Part shown: positions 53,722 to 61,969 of the stretch, piece after piece
Layout: each line of letters opens with the position of its first letter
Position numbering within the stretch: position 1 is the first letter of the stretch
Origin: a bacterium
GTDB taxonomy: Bacteria > Verrucomicrobiota > Verrucomicrobiia > Limisphaerales > UBA11358
Direction of reading: 5' to 3'
Assembly (NCBI GenBank): GCA_021780905.1
Contig: JAJXXW010000093.1
Location: forward strand, 1,559-65,558
Length of the DNA stretch: 64,000 nt
Notes under the pieces: model-generated
Databases searched by the model: none
Told to the model about the DNA's origin: nothing
Seen by the model: the letters and a program-made list of their open reading frames with translations, nothing else
Program-made: the position numbers and the translations under genes

Positions 53722-53776
53722 CTATGGGGTGAACACCCCATAGTTCCAGTCCGCATTTCAGGCGATGCTATGAGCT
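53722..53776 (+). promoter_or_regulatory. motif site D: perfect palindrome CTATGGGGTG-AA-CACCCCATAG-N22-TGCTAT-N5-ATG
   Basis: 53722-53743, in the divergent spacer between the kinase operon and the lipoprotein gene. The ATG at 53777 lies 33 nt from the motif. Confidence 0.55.
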
Positions 53777-54223
53777 ATGAAAAATAAAGCATTGCTCATC
53801 ACGTTCCTTTCCGCCGCGCCCCTTGCCGTGGGATGCGATAAGGAAAAATCCACCGCGCAACAGATCGAGACGGTCAAAGCCGAATCCAAGCAGGCTGCGT
53901 CGGACATGAAGGATTATACCTTTGCTCAAAAGGATGAATTCGTCAAAGCCATGCAAGCCCAGTTAGCCGCGCTGGACAAAGATCTGGATACGCTCTCGGC
54001 CAAAATTGACAAATCGAGCGACGCCATCAAGGCCGAAGCCAAACCCAAGTTGCAGGCTTTGCGCGATCAGGCCGCGAAGTTAAATACGCAGCTCGCCGAT
54101 GCCCAGAACGCCACGGAATCCACCTGGGACAGCGTCAAGGCCGGCACCAAAACAGCTTACGAATCGGTGGTGAAAGGTTTCAATGACGCTCGCCAGTGGG
54201 TGAGCGACAAAATCGCGCCTTAA
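53777..54223 (+). CDS. lipoprotein with apolipoprotein/LEA-like helical repeats
   Basis: MKNKALLITFLSAAPLAVGC lipobox, then an A/K/D/Q-rich amphipathic repeat region. Confidence 0.6.
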   Translation: MKNKALLITFLSAAPLAVGCDKEKSTAQQIETVKAESKQAASDMKDYTFAQKDEFVKAMQAQLAALDKDLDTLSAKIDKSSDAIKAEAKPKLQALRDQAAKLNTQLADAQNATESTWDSVKAGTKTAYESVVKGFNDARQWVSDKIAP

Positions 54224-54571
54224 ACCGGACGGTTTGTCACATCCGGCGGCGATGTGCCCGTGGCACCGCTGCCGGGCATCGGAATCGAAAACGCCCGGTC
54301 CTCGCCGCCTTTGGGCGCGGCAAACGTGATTATATTTTCCACCAGATCAACGCAGTCGCGGGCAATGCGCGTCTCGCGCAGTCGGCAAAGGCATGCGCTG
54401 GCTGCAAGACAGCGGTTCCTAGCTTCCGGGCCCTGTATGACTTTTTGAGGCTTTAAGGACCAGACCACAAGAGACGGCAAGAGCAGAGAAGCGCACAAGC
54501 TTCAAATAGAAGTTCAGATAGAACCATTGATTTTATTGTCTAAAACACCGATTCCCCTTGAAAAGAAAGAG

Positions 54572-54656
54572 TGGTGGTAGGTGATGGATTCGAACCATCG
54601 AAGGCATAGCCAGCAGATTTACAGTCTGCCCCCGTTGGCCACTTGGGTAACCTACC
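54572..54656 (-). tRNA. tRNA-Tyr (GTA), class II with long variable arm
   Basis: Manual fold of the reverse complement: acceptor GGTAGGT/ACCTACC, anticodon loop CTGTAAA, long variable arm, T arm GATGG-TTCGAAT-CCATC, A73, encoded CCA. Confidence 0.9.
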
Positions 54657-54828
54657 AAAACCGGAGGGGAGTCGAAAAAAATCGCCTTTTACCTGTCGCA
54701 AGACGGCAAAGGGCGGTCGCTTCCTAAAGCCCCGAAGCTGCTTCAATACGTCAGCAGCGCCACATATTATGTGCCGCTGCTGATGGGCGGCAAGATTATT
54801 CGTCAAAGCTTGGGAGCACCGGGGCATC

Positions 54829-55122
54829 TCAATTTTTTGCGGGGTTGAATGACGTGTGAGGGAAGAGCCGGTGCCAGCGGCCGTTGCGCCAGAAGATTTC
54901 CAGACCGAGCAAGGCTTCGTCGCCTTTGTCACTCCAGAACTGGCCCGTGCGTTTGAAGCGGGATTGGGCTTGCCGGCAGGTGGCTTCCACTGGACCGCTG
55001 CCCATCGGTTCCTCGTGGTGTTCGGAGACCAAAACAAGTCGAAATATTTTCTTTTGAACGGCCAGTCTTCGATGGGTTTGCAAAGCTTCTCGCGCAGCGG
55101 ATTCTACTGAACGTGTAGCCAC
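54829..55122 (-). pseudogene. C-terminal remnant of a transposase (family uncertain)
   Basis: ..PMGSGPVEATCRQAQSRFKRTGQFWSDKGDEALLGLEIFWRNGRW.. resembles the conserved (P)IGSGxVE..CK...R.K..G..W C-terminus of several IS transposase families. No N-terminal catalytic part is present. Confidence 0.35.
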
Positions 55123-55239
55123 TTTTCAGAATAGCTTTCGTCGTCGCGCAGGTGATGAAGCCAGCCGCGCGATTGAAACTTCCACTCCGGCAGGATAGTT
55201 CGGCTCGCGAGGACGCCCGCCCCACCCTCTCCACCAAGT

Positions 55240-56454
55240 TCACTTCGGCATTTCCAATTTCACTTTCGCCGCCACTTGCGCCACGTCTTTGTCGCCGCGA
55301 CCGGAGAGGTTCACGATGATGAGCGCGTCCTTGCCCAGCTTCGGCGCGCGCACCATGCACTCGGCCACGGCGTGGGCGCTTTCCAGCGCGGGGATGATGC
55401 CTTCGAGCCGCGCGAGTTTCATGAAGGCGGCGAGCGCCTGGTCGTCGGTGGCGTAGGTGTATTCGGCGCGGCTGGCGTCGCGTAACCACGCATGTTCCGG
55501 TCCGACGGCGGCGTAATCCAGTCCGGCGCTGACGCTGTGCGTGGATTGGATCTGGCCGAATTCGTCCTGCAAAATGTAGCTGCGCGTGCCTTGCAACACG
55601 CCGAGCGAACCGCCCTGAAACCGCGCCGCGTGCTGTTCCGGCTTGATGCCGAGGCCGCCGGCTTCCACGCCGACGAGCTTCACGGATTTATCGTCGAGGA
55701 ACGGATAAAACAGTCCGATGGCGTTCGAGCCGCCGCCGACGCACGCGATGAGTATTTCGGGCAGGCGCTTTTCCTTTTCCAAAATCTGCGCGCGCGCCTC
55801 GTCGCCGATGATGCGCTGAAAATTCCGCACCATCACCGGATACGGATGCGCGCCGTAGGCCGTGCCGAGAATGTAATGCGTGCTGCGGAGGTTCGTCACC
55901 CAGTCGCGCATGGCTTCGTTGACGGCTTCCTTCAAGGTCTTCTGGCCCGCGTGAACCGGCACGACTTCCGCGCCGAGCATTTTCATGCGATAAACATTGA
56001 GTTCCTGCCGCTGGCAATCCACCGCGCCCATGTAGATGACGCATTTCATCCCAAACATCGCCGCGACAGTTGCGGAGGCAACGCCATGTTGCCCCGCGCC
56101 GGTCTCGGCGATGATGCGCGTCTTGCCCATGCGCTTGGCGAGCAGGATCTGGCCGAGGGCGTTGTTGATCTTGTGCGCGCCGGTGTGGTTCAAATCCTCG
56201 CGCTTGAGATAAATCTTCGCGCCGCCGAGTTCCTGGGTGAGGCGTTCGGCAAAATAGAGCGGCGAGGGGCGGCCGACAAATTCCGTGAGGTAATACGAAA
56301 GTTCGCGTTGAAAATCCGGGTCGTGCTGCGTGCGGAAATATTCGGCCTCCAGTTCCTGCAACGGGTGCATCAAGGTTTCGGGCACGTAACGTCCGCCGTA
56401 GGGCCCAAAATGGCCTTGGGCGTCGGGTAAATTTTTGGTGACAACTGAACTCAT
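55240..56454 (-). CDS. trpB: tryptophan synthase beta chain
   Basis: ..[16 protein letters not shown].., ..[11 protein letters not shown].. (PLP lysine), ..GGGSNAIG.. Confidence 0.95.
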   Translation of the reverse strand: MSSVVTKNLPDAQGHFGPYGGRYVPETLMHPLQELEAEYFRTQHDPDFQRELSYYLTEFVGRPSPLYFAERLTQELGGAKIYLKREDLNHTGAHKINNALGQILLAKRMGKTRIIAETGAGQHGVASATVAAMFGMKCVIYMGAVDCQRQELNVYRMKMLGAEVVPVHAGQKTLKEAVNEAMRDWVTNLRSTHYILGTAYGAHPYPVMVRNFQRIIGDEARAQILEKEKRLPEILIACVGGGSNAIGLFYPFLDDKSVKLVGVEAGGLGIKPEQHAARFQGGSLGVLQGTRSYILQDEFGQIQSTHSVSAGLDYAAVGPEHAWLRDASRAEYTYATDDQALAAFMKLARLEGIIPALESAHAVAECMVRAPKLGKDALIIVNLSGRGDKDVAQVAAKVKLEMPK

Positions 56455-56577
56455 AGAATGATTTTCAACGCAAAGACGCTACGACGCAAAGGAATTTTAT
56501 TCCACTGCGGATAAACGCGGATTTTGAAACCACAACGGTTTTATCCGTGTGCATCTCATGTTGGTCCGTGGTTGAAT

Positions 56578-57627
56578 TTAGCGCGCCGCGTGCTTGCGCT
56601 GCTTGCGCAGTTCGCGGAGGGCGCGATAGCCGACCAGCCTCTTGTTCTTCTCATCCCAAAGCCGGTAGGTGGCGGATTTGAGACTGGAGCACAGCGTGAT
56701 GGGCTTCACTTGTTGGAACAGCGGGTCAGCCCGATGGCATCGCTCCAGATTGTAATTGGGAATACGAGGGCTTAAATGGTGGATGTGGTGAAAACCGATG
56801 TTGCCGGAGAACCATTGCAGAATGCGCGGCAGCTTGTAGAACGAACTTCCTTCCAATGCGGCGGAAACGTAGCTCCAGTCCTCGCCGCGTTCCCAATAGA
56901 CGTCCTCGAACTGGTGCTGGACGTAGAACATCCACACGCCCGCGCCGCCGGCGACCATGATGATGATCAACTGGATCAGCAGATACGCCTTGAAGCCAAA
57001 CATCCAGATCAACCCGAGCGCCAGGCCCAGAATGGCGGCGTTCATGGCCCAGACGGAATGCCGTTCCCGCTGGCTGGCCTTGGCCGAAGGGAAGCGCTGC
57101 TGGACCACGAACAGATACATCGGCGCGATGACAAACAGAATGAACGGATTGCGCGCCAGCCGATAGGCGAATTTTTTCCAGCGCGACGACTCCAGATATT
57201 CCTGCACCGTCATGGTCCAAACGTCCCCGACGCCGCGCTTGTCGAGGTCGCCCGCGCTGGCATGGTGGATGGCGTGTTCCCAGCGCCAGTGATAATAGGG
57301 CGTGAACGTCAGAATGCCCGTGAAAAACCCCACGGCATCATTGGCGACCGACGATTTGAAAAACGAGCCGTGGCCGCAGTCATGAAAAATAATGAATAGC
57401 CGCACCAGAAAACCGCCAGCCACGATCGCCAGCGGCACCACCAGCCACCACGAGACGGCCAGGCTCAAATACATCAGATACCACAACGCGCCATACGGCA
57501 CGACCGTGTTGACGATCTGCCACAACGCCCGCCATAAGGATGGTTTTTGATATTGTAGAACGATCGCCTTCCAGGCGGCATTGTCGGAACCGGGCGGTGA
57601 CGAAGTCGAACGGGCTTCGGTGGTCAT
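56578..57627 (-). CDS. membrane fatty-acid desaturase
   Basis: Three His boxes: HDCGHGS, HWRWEHAIHH, HHIHH. ATG at 57627. Confidence 0.85.
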   Translation of the reverse strand: MTTEARSTSSPPGSDNAAWKAIVLQYQKPSLWRALWQIVNTVVPYGALWYLMYLSLAVSWWLVVPLAIVAGGFLVRLFIIFHDCGHGSFFKSSVANDAVGFFTGILTFTPYYHWRWEHAIHHASAGDLDKRGVGDVWTMTVQEYLESSRWKKFAYRLARNPFILFVIAPMYLFVVQQRFPSAKASQRERHSVWAMNAAILGLALGLIWMFGFKAYLLIQLIIIMVAGGAGVWMFYVQHQFEDVYWERGEDWSYVSAALEGSSFYKLPRILQWFSGNIGFHHIHHLSPRIPNYNLERCHRADPLFQQVKPITLCSSLKSATYRLWDEKNKRLVGYRALRELRKQRKHAAR

Positions 57628-57753
57628 AATTCTGATCAAATCTTACCCCAATTTTTCATAAGAGCAACCCGGACTTGGCCCGCCCGGAAAAAAATATGTC
57701 CGGCGACTGACGGATGCGCGAGAACTTCCGGCCGACCGGTTTTGCGTCAATCC

Positions 57754-59193
57754 TCAACTCGCTTTCACCGCCGCAACGAGCGCGTTGAGCGACGCCTTCG
57801 CATCGCCGAACAACATGCGCGTGTTGTCCTTGTAGAAGAGGTGATTTTCGATGCCGGCGAAACCGGCGGCCATCGAGCGTTTCATTACGATGGTCATCTT
57901 GCAACGGTCGGCTTCGATGATGGGCATGCCATAGATCGGCGAAGTTTTTTCCTCGCGCGCGGCGGGATTCACCACGTCGTTCGCACCGATGACGAGACAG
58001 ACGTCCACGCGATCCATCGAAGGATTGATCTGCTCCATTTCGATGAGCTGGTCGTAGGGAACGTTGGCTTCGGCGAGAAGAACGTTCATGTGGCCGGGCA
58101 TACGACCGGCGACGGGATGGATGGCGAATTGCACTTCCACGCCGCGCTTGCCCAGTTCCTCGGTGAGTTCGCGGACGGAATGTTGCGCCTGCGCCACGGC
58201 CATGCCGTAGCCGGGCACCACCACGACGCGTTGCGCGTAGGCCAGTAGCAACGCCACTTCATCCGCTTGAATCGGTTTGACCGTGCCGACCACGCCCGCC
58301 ACCGCCGCTTGCGCGGCACTGCCGGAACCGAACGCGCCGAACAAAACATTCGTGACCGGACGATTCATCGCTTTGCACATGAGCAGCGTGAGCAGCGTGC
58401 CGGAGGAACCGACCAAGGTTCCCGCCACAATCATCGCGGTGTTGTTGATGGCGAAACCGTCGGCGGCCACCGCCAAACCGGTGAAGGAGTTGAGCAGCGA
58501 GATGACCACCGGCATGTCAGCGCCGCCGATTGGCATGACCATCGCGATGCCGAAAAACAGCGCCAGCGAGAACATCACGAGAAAGGCGATAACGGCGTTG
58601 TGGCCGGTGGCATTGAACGTCAGCCAGCCGCACAGGCCGAGAATCACAAGGCCGATGAGGCCGTTCAAAATGTTTTGGCCGGGGAAGGTGTGCGGCTTCT
58701 CAAATTTTCCCTCCAGTTTGAGATAGGCGATGGTGCTGCCGGAAAATGACAGCGAACCGATGAGTGTCGCGAAGAGCATCGGTATCGTGATCGCCGCCGA
58801 CGGATCGTGCAACACCGGCACTTCGATGCCAGCGATTTGGGTGGGCTGCGCACCTTTCAAAAACTCCAGACTCGCCACCAGCGCCGCTGCGCCGCCGCCA
58901 AGGCCGTTGAACAGCGCGACCATTTGCGGCATGGCCGTCATCTTCACCGAATACGCGCCGAACGCGCCGATGACCAGGCCGACCAAAATGCCGATGGCGA
59001 TGAGCAGATAATTATGGCCATGCAGCCAGATGTTCGCGCCCTCCCGGTTGCACAGGATGATGAGGCCAATGGTCATGCCCGCCGCAGCGACAAGATTTCC
59101 CTGCCGCGCGGTTTTTGGCGATGAGAGAAACTTGATGCCGAGGATGAACAGAACCGCGACGCCGATAAGAATTAAAGCAATGGTGGAGCTCAT
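57754..59193 (-). CDS. pntB: NAD(P) transhydrogenase subunit beta
   Basis: Multi-TM N-terminal half plus C-terminal dIII domain (..VVVPGYGMAVAQAQH...GRMPGHMNVLLAEA..). ATG at 59193. Confidence 0.9.
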   Translation of the reverse strand: MSSTIALILIGVAVLFILGIKFLSSPKTARQGNLVAAAGMTIGLIILCNREGANIWLHGHNYLLIAIGILVGLVIGAFGAYSVKMTAMPQMVALFNGLGGGAAALVASLEFLKGAQPTQIAGIEVPVLHDPSAAITIPMLFATLIGSLSFSGSTIAYLKLEGKFEKPHTFPGQNILNGLIGLVILGLCGWLTFNATGHNAVIAFLVMFSLALFFGIAMVMPIGGADMPVVISLLNSFTGLAVAADGFAINNTAMIVAGTLVGSSGTLLTLLMCKAMNRPVTNVLFGAFGSGSAAQAAVAGVVGTVKPIQADEVALLLAYAQRVVVVPGYGMAVAQAQHSVRELTEELGKRGVEVQFAIHPVAGRMPGHMNVLLAEANVPYDQLIEMEQINPSMDRVDVCLVIGANDVVNPAAREEKTSPIYGMPIIEADRCKMTIVMKRSMAAGFAGIENHLFYKDNTRMLFGDAKASLNALVAAVKAS

Positions 59194-59194
59194 G

Positions 59195-59476
59195 TTATTT
59201 CTTTTTCTTGAACATTTGCAGCATGCGGTCCGTGACCATGAAACCGCCGAACACGTTGGCCGAACCGAAAACCACCGCGACGAACCCGAGCACTTGTTGC
59301 AACCCGGTGGTCGCATCGGCCAGCACCAGAATGCCGCCAAACAAAATGATGCCGTGAATCGCGTTCGTGCCGGACATCAGCGGCGTGTGCAGCATGGACG
59401 GCACTTTCGAGATGACCTCGAAGCCGACGAAGATCGCGAGGATGAAAACAAACAGGGTCAGGATTTCTGCGGTCAT
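59195..59476 (-). CDS. pntAB: NAD(P) transhydrogenase subunit alpha part 2
   Basis: 93-aa 3-TM protein ..PLMSGTNAIHGIILFG.., located between pntAA and pntB. Confidence 0.85.
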   Translation of the reverse strand: MTAEILTLFVFILAIFVGFEVISKVPSMLHTPLMSGTNAIHGIILFGGILVLADATTGLQQVLGFVAVVFGSANVFGGFMVTDRMLQMFKKKK

Positions 59477-59480
59477 AAAA

Positions 59481-60608
59481 TTATTTGGCGATGAGTTTTT
59501 CGTTCACGATTTTGCCGCCGTGCGTGACCAGGCAGCCCTTGATGATTTCGTCGTCGAGCTTGAGGTTGAAAACTTTTTCCTTCTTGTCCCAAAACTCTTC
59601 GAGGAGATTCACGAGATTCGCGGCGTAAACCTGACTGGCGTGCAGCGGCGCGCGGCCGGGCAGATTGGCGATGCCGACGATCTTCACGCCGTTGCGATCA
59701 ACGATTTCATTGTATTTCACGCCCTCGACGTTGCCGCCGGTTTCCACGGCCATATCCACCACCACGCTGCCGGGCTTCATGGCATTGAGCATTTCGGCGG
59801 TGACGAGCACCGGGGCTTTGCGGCCGAACACCTGCGCGGTGGTGATAACGACGTCGGAATCACCGCAGGTCTTGTTCATTGCGGCGCGCTGGGTCTGGAT
59901 CTGTTCCTCCGAGAGGGCCTTCGCATAGCCGTCCTTCGTCTGGCCGGTTTCGCCAAGATCAATTTTCAAAAACTGGGCACCGAGTGACTTTACCTGTTCC
60001 TCGACGACCGGTCGCGTGTCGTAAGCCGTCACCTTCGCGCCCAGCCGTTTCGCGGTGGCGATGGCCTGCAAACCGGCCACGCCGACGCCGATGATGAAGA
60101 CTTTCGACGGCAAAATCGTTCCCGCCGCCGTGGTCATCATGGGAAAAATCTTGTTGGAATAACGCGCGGCGAGAATCACCGCCTCGTAACCGCCGAGGTT
60201 CGCCTGCGACGACAGCACATCCATCTTCTGCGCGCGGGTGGTGCGCGGAATGAATTCCATGCTGATGGCGCTCACGCCGAGTTCGGCGAATTTCTGGACG
60301 AGTTCCTTTTCGTTGAACGGATCGAGGAGGCTGACGTGAATGGCACCGGACTTGAGCCAGGCAATTTCTTCCACCGGCGGTTTGCGCAAGCGCAGCACGA
60401 TGTCACCGGAGCCGACGAGCGCCGGACGGTCGGTGGTAATCGTCGCGCCGGCTTTGGTGTAGGCGTCATCGGTAAATCCGGCGCCGGTGCCGAGGCCGGC
60501 CTCGACTTCGACCTGCGCCCCGAGCTTGACGAGTTTGGCGACGGCCTCCGGCGTCAGGGGCGCGCGGGTTTCACCCGGGTCGGTCTCGCGAGGAACGGAA
60601 ATTTTCAT
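59481..60608 (-). CDS. pntAA: NAD(P) transhydrogenase subunit alpha part 1
   Basis: Alanine-dehydrogenase/PNT fold, ..VFIIGVGVAGLQAIATAKRLGA.. Rossmann motif. Confidence 0.9.
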   Translation of the reverse strand: MKISVPRETDPGETRAPLTPEAVAKLVKLGAQVEVEAGLGTGAGFTDDAYTKAGATITTDRPALVGSGDIVLRLRKPPVEEIAWLKSGAIHVSLLDPFNEKELVQKFAELGVSAISMEFIPRTTRAQKMDVLSSQANLGGYEAVILAARYSNKIFPMMTTAAGTILPSKVFIIGVGVAGLQAIATAKRLGAKVTAYDTRPVVEEQVKSLGAQFLKIDLGETGQTKDGYAKALSEEQIQTQRAAMNKTCGDSDVVITTAQVFGRKAPVLVTAEMLNAMKPGSVVVDMAVETGGNVEGVKYNEIVDRNGVKIVGIANLPGRAPLHASQVYAANLVNLLEEFWDKKEKVFNLKLDDEIIKGCLVTHGGKIVNEKLIAK

Positions 60609-60865
60609 AGTTCAAAAACTGGAGGGAAGCTACCAGCCCCAAATCCCGGGGAAAGTCCTTTTTTGCCTTTTCCCGTCCGCATTTTGCCCACCGGCCGGAC
60701 GCACCACCGCCGTTTTTACCCCGCTCGACGGCCGGAGAAGGTTGCCAGGCGGTGGCGGACTCCGTTACTTTGGACCACCCGCCACGGGGGCCAGCTCGAC
60801 GCGATAAGTTTGGCCTGCCGACCTTGCCGTCAAAACACCGTGAAGTCCAAGCGGCACTCGCAAAA

Positions 60866-61633
60866 TCATCGGGTGCCGCCGGAGATCAGGTAGCTGGATT
60901 TGGATGCAAGCCAGTCCACATCCAAATCGTTGGGCAGCGGGGTCCTTAGCGGAACGGGAAGCTGCTGGCAGGCCTTGATGGTGCGGCCGTCGTGCCACTG
61001 GTGCGTTTCCGAATGGCCGTCGGCAAAGGAAAAACCGCAGGCGTTGATGTGATAGACGCCCGGACAATCACCAAATTCATAGAGGCTCGGATTCAGCGGA
61101 TCATAGCCAAACATATGGGGCGCGAAGAAGCCGTCATTGATGCCGGGACACTCATCCAAAATGACAAATGTGCTGGCGGGACCGGGCTTGTTCATGCCGG
61201 CCAACTTGTAGTAAGCCGTGAACGTCGGTTCCCAAAAGTTGTAGCCGATGAAGGCGTTCATCGAATAGCTGCGAACATGCACCGAGGTATCGCTAGGACA
61301 TTTAAACACGCGATAGCTGTTGCCGAGGTAGGTGTGAAGCAAGCTGATCCGAAGCAGGGTGGTGTTTGTGGCGTCGGAAGCATTTTGCATATTGCCGGAC
61401 ATCCAGGATCCAGAAGTCGCCAGATTATCACTGTTGTCATGCGCATACAGGATCCAAGCCAGGGTAATCTGCTTGGTATTGTTCATGCAACTGATGCCCT
61501 GGGTTTTGATTTTGGCCTTGGTCAGCGCCGGCAGCAGCAGCGCCGCCAAGATGGCGATTATGGCAATGACGACCAAAAGTTCAATCAAGGTGAAGCCCTG
61601 GTGCCGCGCAACAATTGGTTTCGCAATTGTCAT
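60866..61633 (-). CDS. prepilin-type N-terminal cleavage/methylation domain protein (H-X9-DG family)
   Basis: ..[25 protein letters not shown].. and C-terminal [12 protein letters not shown]. Confidence 0.8.
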   Translation of the reverse strand: MTIAKPIVARHQGFTLIELLVVIAIIAILAALLLPALTKAKIKTQGISCMNNTKQITLAWILYAHDNSDNLATSGSWMSGNMQNASDATNTTLLRISLLHTYLGNSYRVFKCPSDTSVHVRSYSMNAFIGYNFWEPTFTAYYKLAGMNKPGPASTFVILDECPGINDGFFAPHMFGYDPLNPSLYEFGDCPGVYHINACGFSFADGHSETHQWHDGRTIKACQQLPVPLRTPLPNDLDVDWLASKSSYLISGGTR

Positions 61634-61969
61634 GGTGGGGTGAATATTCTTTTGTTTTCCGACTTTGCATACCTTGCGGTTACCATGTCAAGAATTTTTT
61701 GGGAAATAATATTTGCTATGGTGGAAAGCGCTCCGGACGGGTTAAAATTCAATCCTCTGTTTTTAAGGCCGAAGGTCGCTGTTACCGACCCGCCGCTTAG
61801 CCAGCGCAAGCTATCGCTGAGGGCGCTCCACAGACTTCCGAGGTTCGCGTGTTCCCGGTTGTTTTAGGCGAATTTTTATCCTTGACTTCCGGCCAGAAAA
61901 ATGCATTAGTCATAATAACGTTATTACATTACCACCTGTAAAAGTGAAAATTAATAACGCAGTCAACTC

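Noticed and set aside
54540-55037. 165-aa minus-strand ORF
   Set aside because: It overlaps tRNA-Tyr and the transposase-fragment frame, and its translation has no coding-like features.
56508-56547. Nested hairpin CGGATAAA..TTTATCCG between the desaturase gene and trpB
   Set aside because: It has a long loop and no following T-run on the relevant (minus) strand, so it cannot be called a terminator.
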